Part shown: in pieces, positions 37,140-45,325 of the stretch
Position numbering within the stretch: position 1 is the stretch's first letter
How the letters are laid out: each line of letters opens with the position of its first letter
Virus record (IMG/VR): IMGVR_UViG_3300017710_000003
Span: 1 to 62,022 of that record
Origin: a virus
Taxonomy: Duplodnaviria > Caudoviricetes
Length of the DNA stretch: 62,022 nucleotides
Strand: one strand, 5' to 3'
Notes under the pieces: model-generated
What the model saw: the letters and a program-made list of their open reading frames with translations, nothing else
What the model was told of the DNA's origin: nothing
Database searches by the model: none
Translations under genes and position numbers: made by a program

Positions 37140-37634
37140 CTAAAAACCTAGTCTTTTTAATTGTTGTATTGTTTTTGATGTTGATGTATGATGAATACCT
37201 ATACCACCTGACATATTAAAATCTCTTATGTTTTTTTCGTAATCATCAATTAGAATTGCTGGTTTACCTCTTTTTGCAAAGAGTTTCTTTTCTCTTCTTT
37301 TTACAAGGTTAACTTTCTGTGAGTTAACCATATTAACATTTTTTCTTAACCATGCTCTTTTACCTGGTATGCAGTTAGGGTCAAAATTTTCTTCTACGTA
37401 TGCACTTAAAATATGTGGGTCATGTTTAGATATATAAGACCATAATTGCTTACCACCTTGCATCCAAGGTAGGTCATACCAGAAGTTTTTATTTTGTAAG
37501 ATAAGTGACCACTTTTGTTTAGATGAGGGTATATTCATCCATCTGTTGATAGACATACCTGTTGTCTTAACGGCTGCAGTTTTAAAGTCTGCTAGTACAC
37601 CATCCATATCGCAATAGATGATTGGTTTATCCAC
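37140..37634 (-). CDS. HAD-family 5'(3')-nucleotidase-like phosphatase
   Basis: DMDGVLADF, ILS, K and LIDD motifs. Confidence 0.85.
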   Translation of the reverse strand: MDKPIIYCDMDGVLADFKTAAVKTTGMSINRWMNIPSSKQKWSLILQNKNFWYDLPWMQGGKQLWSYISKHDPHILSAYVEENFDPNCIPGKRAWLRKNVNMVNSQKVNLVKRREKKLFAKRGKPAILIDDYEKNIRDFNMSGGIGIHHTSTSKTIQQLKRLGF

Positions 37635-37637
37635 GAT

Positions 37638-38387
37638 TTAGATTCTCTCTGATTGTGGTTCAGTATCTACGGATGCAATTTTTTTACCTGTCATAGTCTT
37701 ATTCATTTCTTTTCTCATATCTTTAAATGATTTTTCATTTTCAGGTTTGCCTAGTTTCTTTTGCATTTCTGCTTTTGATTCACCGTATTTTGTTTTAAAT
37801 TGTTCAGCAGATAAATCTTTCATATCAATGGCGATCTCTTTCATTCTACCCTCTTTGATAGGTTTAATGATTTGTTTTTCACCATCTTTTGCTTTTTGCA
37901 CTTTAGCTTGATTTATCTTTTCACCTTTATCGTCAGGCATTACTTTTTCACTTTTCATTGCCTTTTCTAAAGAGTCTGCTTGTTTGCTGTGAAGTGCTGT
38001 TGCCTTTTTAAGACCTGCAACTACTTTTTTAATATCGCCAGCGTCTTTATTATTTAAAGTCTCTTTTACGTTTGTTGAGATTGCTTTTCTTCTTTTGTGA
38101 AGATACTTATCAGTAGAATCAACATCACCATCGTTGTCAATGTCTTTGTCTTTTCTGTCGTCAAATTTTTTCTTAACAGCGTCTTTGTTTACTGGGTCTA
38201 ATTTACTTTCACTTACAACTTTAGCAGCTGCGTCTGCAAGTGAACCTGGTTTAGTACCTAAGTATTTTTTCTCTGTTGTTAATTTAACATCTGATTTAAA
38301 TGTTCTGTCTATCGTTGGCTGCTCTGAAGCTATTTTTGTAGAGAGTTCTTCAATGCTGCCTTTTTTACTATCTAAATATTTACTCAT
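37638..38387 (-). CDS. modular putative internal virion polyprotein
   Basis: KYL..K.GS repeat, DIDNDGDVDSTD EF-hand-like loop, modules bounded by xE sites. Confidence 0.55.
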   Translation of the reverse strand: MSKYLDSKKGSIEELSTKIASEQPTIDRTFKSDVKLTTEKKYLGTKPGSLADAAAKVVSESKLDPVNKDAVKKKFDDRKDKDIDNDGDVDSTDKYLHKRRKAISTNVKETLNNKDAGDIKKVVAGLKKATALHSKQADSLEKAMKSEKVMPDDKGEKINQAKVQKAKDGEKQIIKPIKEGRMKEIAIDMKDLSAEQFKTKYGESKAEMQKKLGKPENEKSFKDMRKEMNKTMTGKKIASVDTEPQSERI

Positions 38388-39364
38388 TACTTCTTTCCTT
38401 TTTTAGCTGCACGAGCCTTTTTCGCCAAATCAGCGTCAGCTGTGTAGTATGCTTTTCCTTTTGTGATGAACGCATTAACTCTAGCAAATGCCCATTGTTG
38501 TGGCGTTGTACCAGGTCTATGTCCACCTTTCCATGCAGCCATACCCCTATTGTACACTTGTTTTAAAATGCCATAAGGTATGCCTGACTTTTCAGATTTA
38601 TTTTTTATGCCTTCAATCTGTTTTTCATCTATTTGTTGCATTTCTTTTTCTTTCTTTGGTTCTTTTTCTGAAGTTAATCTAGCTGCTCTTTCTTTATTTT
38701 TTAAGTCATCTAGTTTTAACTTCATTGTTTCTAAATCACTCTTTGCAATTGCAAGAGGTGTTTTCTGTTTTGGATCACCAACATCCATACTATTAACTTT
38801 ATTATTTTTATCTGTAATTCTATTTTGTAAATCAGATATTCTTTGAGCAGGTGTTTGTTCTACTTCAGTAATACCCTCTTTCTTTTTAACAATATTTGTT
38901 GCCGTAGCGTATCTTACTGCGTCACCTTTTTCTTTACCATATCTGTCTTTAAAATCTTTTTTAGGTAAATCATCTGCCATCTTATGTACTTTTTTTACCT
39001 GACCTTTTGTCAAGTCTGCTTCTTTGACAGCCTTTTTTAGCATATCTCTCTGACCAGCATGAGCGTCTGAAGCCTTATCTAATTTAGATATAACTTTTTT
39101 AACAACTGATAAATCTTGGTTGTCTAAGCCTTCTTTAAACTTAATATTACCTTTTAAAATGTCTGAAGTGACTTCTATCTCTCTGACACCATCTCTCTTT
39201 AATTGTGCCATTTTGTCATCTGCTGACTTCTTATCTTTATAAGGTATTGCAAATCTTTTTTTGTTTAATGGATCTCTATATCTTACTACAAAGACCTGTG
39301 TAAATTCATTTACTTGATTTACTTGTTCTCGTAATTCTTGCCAACTTATTCTATATCTACTCAT
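38387..39364 (-). CDS. modular putative internal virion polyprotein (DUF5824-like C-terminus)
   Basis: VYNRG.AAW..GHRPG...QQWAFARVN module. Confidence 0.55.
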   Translation of the reverse strand: MSRYRISWQELREQVNQVNEFTQVFVVRYRDPLNKKRFAIPYKDKKSADDKMAQLKRDGVREIEVTSDILKGNIKFKEGLDNQDLSVVKKVISKLDKASDAHAGQRDMLKKAVKEADLTKGQVKKVHKMADDLPKKDFKDRYGKEKGDAVRYATATNIVKKKEGITEVEQTPAQRISDLQNRITDKNNKVNSMDVGDPKQKTPLAIAKSDLETMKLKLDDLKNKERAARLTSEKEPKKEKEMQQIDEKQIEGIKNKSEKSGIPYGILKQVYNRGMAAWKGGHRPGTTPQQWAFARVNAFITKGKAYYTADADLAKKARAAKKGKK

Positions 39365-42225
39365 TAGTTATTTACCTTTGCCCCTGCTCTCCACTGATAA
39401 CAAGACCAGTATCGTGCTTTCCATTTCGGCCCTGGAGTATCACATCTATGTCTTGCTCTGAAGCTTCGTCTTCTTGCAGGATCATCTCTCTTAATACTCA
39501 AACCTGTTGTATCACCAAAAGAAACTTTTACTACTTTACCTGTTTCGCCTTTTACATAAACATAAAACTTTTTAGAACCACCTCTAATCGGGTCGTTTAG
39601 TTTTACCTTTTTGCCTTGATATTCGGCCTCTTGTAAAGGTTCTGACTCGTGTTCAAATAAACACTCGTCACATTTCTTATCAAACTCTTCATCAAATTGT
39701 TTAAAACTTTTCACTTCTATATTCTCTCCGATACTCTTTCTGACTTCTTCTTTTTCATCGCCATGTTTTGATTTAAAGTCTTCTTTTGTTAGAGTTTTAA
39801 TATCTCTACTATATTCTTTAAATCTACTTTTGACAATCTCGTCATTTGTATCAACAACTTTGTTGATCATTTTTTCGTAGGTTTCTTCTAATTTAGATTC
39901 CCACTCATCACCGTATCGTCCCTTATATTTATCTATTGTTTCATCGCTATTTCGCCACTCTTCAATGTCTTTTAATTCTACTTTATTAATCATTTTAATC
40001 TTCTTACCAGAGACTTGTATTTTGTTATTTTCTGGATTACTAGGGGTATATGTTGTGCCTTGAAACTTAGGATCATAATTAGTTTCACCTGGTGTAATAG
40101 ATGAAGTGTATTTTGCATAATCATGCCCTATATCGTATGCCTCAGGCATACCCATATCTGTAAGACCCATATTTACTTTTTCAGTCTCTTTATTATTTTT
40201 GTTAATTTTTAGTTCACCATACATCTGTTTAAACTTTTTCGTGTACTTACTAGGTTTAGTCTTTGCACCTTTATCAGCACTTGTTTGTTTGTAGGCTGCA
40301 GGATCATCATCTCTCATTTTAGATTGTTTGTCTAATTGAGACTTATGTTGTTTTGCCTTATCTTTTGAAAGACCTTTTACATATTTTTTAGGTAGACCTG
40401 TCTCTTTATCTTCAGGCGATTTCTTAATTGAACCACCTTTATCATAGTACTTTGGATCTCTTTTATATTTGTGTTTAGCAATTTTCTTTGCTCTTTCTTC
40501 TAACTCAATAGGATATACTGGCGTTTCCATAATATTATGTAACCAACATCTATGTAATTGACTATCAACATCTTCTAAAGTCACATAGTTTGTTCCTCTT
40601 CTTATAACTATACCAGTTATACCATTTTGTATATCGTCAACTATATCTCCTATTTCATAGATATGTTCACTGATATACTGATCTCTTAATGTCATCTTTT
40701 CTAATTCTTCTCTTGTTGAAGCAGTTATGAAAGGTTTAAATCTTAATGCACCTGCACCAGCGTCATGGTTGACACCTGCAGCCAATTGCATACCTTTTCT
40801 TACATCTTTGAATAATTGTAAACCTTTATTTGAATTACCAAATGATGAAGGTAAACCTTTTTTAAATATATCGTAGTTGTCTGATTTAGCGGCAGTTCTC
40901 ATTTTACTTGCACTCATACCTGTTGCACCATCAGCGTCTGGATCTCTTTCACCAGCAGATACAATATTGATTTTATCATAATTATAGAAACCATGTCTAC
41001 TTCTTATGTTATTGTATTTCTTAATTGTTGTTTCAAATTCTCTTACTCTATCACTACCAACTACCATAGATAATTCTGTTGTACCTCTATTGTATAGATC
41101 GGTTACTATTTCAAATACACTATTAGATTTACTTACAATAATATTTCTAGCGTGTCTAGGAAACATTTGTTTCATTGCCTGTATTTTTTGTCTATATGAT
41201 AAAGGATTCTTTGCACTATCCTCTGACTTACTTACAAAGATATAATAGTTATCTGCTCTAACTTGCGATAACTTATTCATAAGTTTTTCATGTCCGATTG
41301 TTGGTGGATTGAATCGACCAAAGGTAAACGCTATATGTCTACCTTTGGCCTCTTTTATTTTAGATAATGATTTCAGTTCATCTGGTGTTATTTTCCCGTC
41401 ATCCATAATGTCGTTCAAATGTTTAAAGAATTTGAGATAATGATACTTCTCTAACATTTTATAAATTACATTTTTAGGAAGTCGGTTCTTAACGCCAAAC
41501 TTTCTGATTTCTTCTGGTGACATATCAGCCGCAAAAGAGTCTTTCCTATCTTGTACGGTCTTGTCACCAATATCAATTAGAGTGTTAATAGAGTCTGTAA
41601 TTTCAGCTAACTTCTTAGCAACTAATGTACTCAACCCATCTATATCAGATGAGGTAAGCCTTGATAGTTCCTCATAATCAATAATATCTCGAGCCAATTC
41701 ACCTTTAACAACATCTATTTCAGAAACACGTTTCTGAAAATCCGCTAGATATTTTTCAGGTTCGAAGGTGCCAGGTTCTGGTCTTTTGATAAACTTATTA
41801 TCGTCTATGTCAAAAGTACCATCTGCCATGTCCCTTGCCTTACTAAATGTAGCAGGATCTATGATAGAAAAGTAGTTTACAGGATGATCGGTGCCGGGTA
41901 TTGTTTCACCATTTATTTCGCCTTGATATTCTCTTATTTTTTCATGTACCTTTTCTTGTTCTTCCTGTGAACCAGGTATATCAAATAAGATATTTACATC
42001 TAAATCAGCGTCATCTCTATATTGTTTTGTTAGTATAGAACCAATTAAGGTATACTTAACTACTTTCCCAAATTTTTCAAATGTTTTAATTCCGTCTATT
42101 ATTTGTTTTCTTACAGCAGGCTTTAAACTAGGATTACTTGTATCTGGATTATCAAATACAGGTCTTGCGTATGTCTTTCTAGGTATGTCTATAATAGACT
42201 CTTTTATAAAATCTTTAAATCTCAT
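39364..42225 (-). CDS. multidomain protein: Pol-beta-type nucleotidyltransferase + HIGH-type nucleotidyltransferase + small modules (DUF6321-like end)
   Basis: IGS...DADLD; FGRFNPPTIGH, VVGSDR and MSASKMR; SFRARH.C...ARYWSC. Confidence 0.75.
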   Translation of the reverse strand: MRFKDFIKESIIDIPRKTYARPVFDNPDTSNPSLKPAVRKQIIDGIKTFEKFGKVVKYTLIGSILTKQYRDDADLDVNILFDIPGSQEEQEKVHEKIREYQGEINGETIPGTDHPVNYFSIIDPATFSKARDMADGTFDIDDNKFIKRPEPGTFEPEKYLADFQKRVSEIDVVKGELARDIIDYEELSRLTSSDIDGLSTLVAKKLAEITDSINTLIDIGDKTVQDRKDSFAADMSPEEIRKFGVKNRLPKNVIYKMLEKYHYLKFFKHLNDIMDDGKITPDELKSLSKIKEAKGRHIAFTFGRFNPPTIGHEKLMNKLSQVRADNYYIFVSKSEDSAKNPLSYRQKIQAMKQMFPRHARNIIVSKSNSVFEIVTDLYNRGTTELSMVVGSDRVREFETTIKKYNNIRSRHGFYNYDKINIVSAGERDPDADGATGMSASKMRTAAKSDNYDIFKKGLPSSFGNSNKGLQLFKDVRKGMQLAAGVNHDAGAGALRFKPFITASTREELEKMTLRDQYISEHIYEIGDIVDDIQNGITGIVIRRGTNYVTLEDVDSQLHRCWLHNIMETPVYPIELEERAKKIAKHKYKRDPKYYDKGGSIKKSPEDKETGLPKKYVKGLSKDKAKQHKSQLDKQSKMRDDDPAAYKQTSADKGAKTKPSKYTKKFKQMYGELKINKNNKETEKVNMGLTDMGMPEAYDIGHDYAKYTSSITPGETNYDPKFQGTTYTPSNPENNKIQVSGKKIKMINKVELKDIEEWRNSDETIDKYKGRYGDEWESKLEETYEKMINKVVDTNDEIVKSRFKEYSRDIKTLTKEDFKSKHGDEKEEVRKSIGENIEVKSFKQFDEEFDKKCDECLFEHESEPLQEAEYQGKKVKLNDPIRGGSKKFYVYVKGETGKVVKVSFGDTTGLSIKRDDPARRRSFRARHRCDTPGPKWKARYWSCYQWRAGAKVNN

Positions 42226-42500
42226 TATTCTCCGCCGCCTCCATTGCCGCCGTTACCACCGTTTGCGCCATTGCCACCGTTTCCATTACCATTGCCGTTA
42301 CCATTTCCGTTAGTATCACCATTACCATTTGTATTATCTGTATCAGCGTTTTTACTTGTTGTGCCGATACGACCAAAGAAAGGGTATCTTACATATTTAT
42401 TTCCTGTAGGAACACAAACCTTTAGTTTATTGTCAAATCTATATCCGTCAGGACATCTTTTATCTGCAACTAAACTCATGTACTCTTTAAATTTCTTCAT
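42225..42500 (-). CDS. small Gly/Asn-tailed protein
   Basis: MKKFKEY start, CPDGYRFD...CVP module. Confidence 0.55.
   Translation of the reverse strand: MKKFKEYMSLVADKRCPDGYRFDNKLKVCVPTGNKYVRYPFFGRIGTTSKNADTDNTNGNGDTNGNGNGNGNGNGGNGANGGNGGNGGGGE
42228..42332 (-). repeat. GN/GGN low-complexity coding repeat
   Basis: encodes NGNGDTNGNGNGNGNGGNGANGGNGGNGGG. Confidence 0.7.
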
Positions 42501-43186
42501 GTTCTTCTTTTTGTTTTTCTCTCACCTGCCATCCATCTTTTTGCAATGTAAGATGATATAGGTTTTGTAATCATTCGTCTAACTATTTTTGATATATTAT
42601 TTAATGTTATGGTTACTAATTCTGCCTCTGATCTATTATTATCAACTACAACAAAATTATTCATACCAAATAGTCTTTGAAACTTACCGATATTACTTTG
42701 TACACCTTCCCAGTTTTTCTTTACAATATATTCTGGTACAATTCTTTCTCTTCTTTTTTGTCTTTCTAAAGCAACATCTAAACTAGTATTTACAAATACC
42801 ATATAACAATCATATCCTAATTGTTTAAGCATATTAGCATTTCTAGCAATAGTATCATAATCTCTACCTGTACTATCAATAACTAAACCAAGTCTACCTT
42901 TTAAATAAGTTTGTAATTGATTAAAAATGGTACCTTTTGCTTTCTTTCTTAATATATCTCTAAAGTATTCTTCTTCATCTGGCATTTTCATAGACAAACC
43001 TGCCTTTTTAATTTCTCTTTCAAATGCAATATCAGAGTTTACAACTTTTAAACCTGAACCTGCAAATGCTGAAGAAGCTACAAATGTCTTACCTGAACCA
43101 GGACCACCTGCAAGAAAAAATGCTTTGAATATACCTGGATCATAAAGACCCTCATTTATCTGTTGTGCAAAACTTTTAATTTCCAT
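42497..43186 (-). CDS. P-loop kinase (zeta toxin/AAA_33/PNK-like)
   Basis: LAGGPGSGKT, VNSD, VIDSTG and R...R lid. Confidence 0.75.
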   Translation of the reverse strand: MEIKSFAQQINEGLYDPGIFKAFFLAGGPGSGKTFVASSAFAGSGLKVVNSDIAFEREIKKAGLSMKMPDEEEYFRDILRKKAKGTIFNQLQTYLKGRLGLVIDSTGRDYDTIARNANMLKQLGYDCYMVFVNTSLDVALERQKRRERIVPEYIVKKNWEGVQSNIGKFQRLFGMNNFVVVDNNRSEAELVTITLNNISKIVRRMITKPISSYIAKRWMAGERKTKRRT

Positions 43187-43754
43187 CTTCTATTGCCTTT
43201 ATAATTTTATTAGCGTTATCTTCTATTGTACCACCCTCTGCTTTTATTTCTACGAAACCAGGTTTGTCTCTAAAATGTTCTACTGCAGGACCTGTTTCTC
43301 TATTGTATAAGTCTATTCTATTATTGATTATCTCTTCAGTATCATCTGCTCTACCTCTTGCTAATAATCTTTTTAAAATTTCTTCTCTACTGACATCTAA
43401 AAATATAACTTTATCGTAACCTATGTTTGCCTCTTCCATATCTCTTACTTGCGTCATATATCTAGGCCAACCATCTAAAACATAACCAGTAGGTGATTGA
43501 TCTACTTTATCTTTAATTAATTTTAAGACTATTTCATTAGGCACAAATTGACCTGTTGAAATTATATCTGCAACTTGTTTTCCTATCTCACTACCTTTTT
43601 CTACTTCTTTTCTTAACATGCCACCTGGATAGATATGAGGTATAGAAAACCTTTTTGTAATGTATTCTGCATAAGTAGATTTGCCTGAACCAGGACCACC
43701 CATTAATATAATTCTTCTAGTTGTCTCTTCTAAAAATGTCAAAAATGTTTTCAT
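43176..43754 (-). CDS. adk: adenylate kinase (short-lid type)
   Basis: GGPGSGKST, G.MLR, G.FVP, LDGWPR and RGRADD. Confidence 0.9.
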   Translation of the reverse strand: MKTFLTFLEETTRRIILMGGPGSGKSTYAEYITKRFSIPHIYPGGMLRKEVEKGSEIGKQVADIISTGQFVPNEIVLKLIKDKVDQSPTGYVLDGWPRYMTQVRDMEEANIGYDKVIFLDVSREEILKRLLARGRADDTEEIINNRIDLYNRETGPAVEHFRDKPGFVEIKAEGGTIEDNANKIIKAIEDGN

Positions 43755-44977
43755 TATCCTTTTATCCAGTTCTTTTGTAAATTAAAGTTAGCAGTACTAA
43801 ATTCTAATCTATCTACTAATTTAACAGCATTACCCATTCTATCTACAGCAACATAACCCTCTGGATTAGTTAATTTAAATCCATTGTTAGTTTGTAGATA
43901 TGTACCGATAGATTTAATTTGATTCATCTTACTTACTAAAAAGTTTTTTGCTGTTTGTAAAGATACATAACTTGCGATTGCAAAGTATATCTCATTTTCA
44001 TATCTATCAATAAATTTTAAACCTTCGTTTCTAATAGTTTCATATTTTCTTTTTGCACTATCAGTTTTTCTTTTTGTAATTTCGTCATCTAAAACTGAAG
44101 CATAATATTTTCTAAAATCTGTTTGTAGTTTTTTTACACCACTTATTGCTCTACCTCTTTTGATATAATCATTAAAGTATATTTTTAATCTTGCACCAAC
44201 TGATAATAAATTAGTTTGTGATTTTAATAAATTTAAAATTCTTTTGCCTTTGCCAATAGAACCCATAGCCATTCTTAACATGCCATCGTATCTATCACTT
44301 TCTGCGTCTGTAAATGTTGCAACACCTGAGTTATCTTTATAACTAGCGTCATCAAAAAATACTGATGGCGTCTTTGTAAATGAGTTTACATTAACGCCAA
44401 AACTTGCTTTTAAATCAACCATCTTTCGACCTGTGTAAGTAGTGTGAAAGATTATGCCTAATTTACTTCTTAATATTCTTTTTGCAAGATCAGTATTTTG
44501 AGGTACAGCGTAAGTAATAGTGTTAGGTTTAAACGCAATTGAGTCTTCACCTCTAATACTTACTTTTTCAATATCTTTAGGTGTATATAATAAATCGCCT
44601 TGAACGATACCTTTGATATTTAATTTTGGTAATTCTTTTAAACAAACAATTAGTTTGTCTGCTAAACCACCTGCGTGATTTTTTCTTATATCTGATTGTG
44701 TGTAATTGATTTTAGGATTTACATTGAAGACAGATTTTGATCCAACAAAAAATCTGTTGTTTTCAGGATTGATACCACAGAATACAGCTGGCGCACCATC
44801 CCATTTGACTGATAGATTAACTTTTCTACGAGATGATCCTAAAAGCATATTTCTTAACGATTTAAGAAACTCTATTGCTTCTAAGCCACCTGAGTAGCCG
44901 TTATTGATTATGTTATCTTCTAAATGTTCTAAATGTGTATTTTTAGCTTCATTTAGATATTGTTTAAAACTATACAT
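43754..44977 (-). CDS. DUF6267-like protein with ATP-dependent ligase-type motifs
   Basis: HL.H.ED N-terminus; VKWDG, QGDLL, EGYV and VKLV. Confidence 0.6.
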   Translation of the reverse strand: MYSFKQYLNEAKNTHLEHLEDNIINNGYSGGLEAIEFLKSLRNMLLGSSRRKVNLSVKWDGAPAVFCGINPENNRFFVGSKSVFNVNPKINYTQSDIRKNHAGGLADKLIVCLKELPKLNIKGIVQGDLLYTPKDIEKVSIRGEDSIAFKPNTITYAVPQNTDLAKRILRSKLGIIFHTTYTGRKMVDLKASFGVNVNSFTKTPSVFFDDASYKDNSGVATFTDAESDRYDGMLRMAMGSIGKGKRILNLLKSQTNLLSVGARLKIYFNDYIKRGRAISGVKKLQTDFRKYYASVLDDEITKRKTDSAKRKYETIRNEGLKFIDRYENEIYFAIASYVSLQTAKNFLVSKMNQIKSIGTYLQTNNGFKLTNPEGYVAVDRMGNAVKLVDRLEFSTANFNLQKNWIKG

Positions 44978-44995
44978 TTGTTTCCCACTATATCC

Positions 44996-45024
44996 ATTAT
45001 ATCAAAATTCAAGGCCATTGTCAA
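44996..45024 (-). promoter_or_regulatory. sigma70 promoter
   Basis: TTGACA-N17-TATAAT. Confidence 0.75.
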
Positions 45025-45069
45025 TAAAAATTCCAATCAAATCCATTAATAAATCACTACTTACGACAA

Positions 45070-45077
45070 TATTTATA
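45070..45077 (-). promoter_or_regulatory. T4 late promoter
   Basis: TATAAATA in an intergenic gap. Confidence 0.7.
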
Positions 45078-45085
45078 AGATTAGA

Positions 45086-45325
45086 TTACTTGATTTTTAA
45101 TACTTTATGTACAAACCACTTTAAAAATCTCTTAATATAACCGTTAACCCATTTATTCATTACCCAACGAAAGATTCTAACGACTATTAATATAGGACTT
45201 GCTAGAACATCAAAGGCAATAAGTCCAACATCAACAGAAAAATCTATAATGTTGTCTGTATTACAAGCCTTCTTCCATCTTTCTTTAAGTGTTAACTTCA
45301 TTCTAATTCCCTTTGGCAATAACAA
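45086..45325 (-). CDS. small membrane-associated protein
   Basis: central hydrophobic stretch; start probably MKLTL. Confidence 0.5.
   Translation of the reverse strand: MLLPKGIRMKLTLKERWKKACNTDNIIDFSVDVGLIAFDVLASPILIVVRIFRWVMNKWVNGYIKRFLKWFVHKVLKIK

Noticed and set aside
42228-42332. GN repeat as a contingency locus
   Set aside because: Codons vary, so the repeat is at protein level and not a slippage tract.
42497-43186. Epsilon/zeta toxin-antitoxin module
   Set aside because: No antitoxin-like neighbour; the context is a kinase/NTase operon and only the general P-loop fold is supported.
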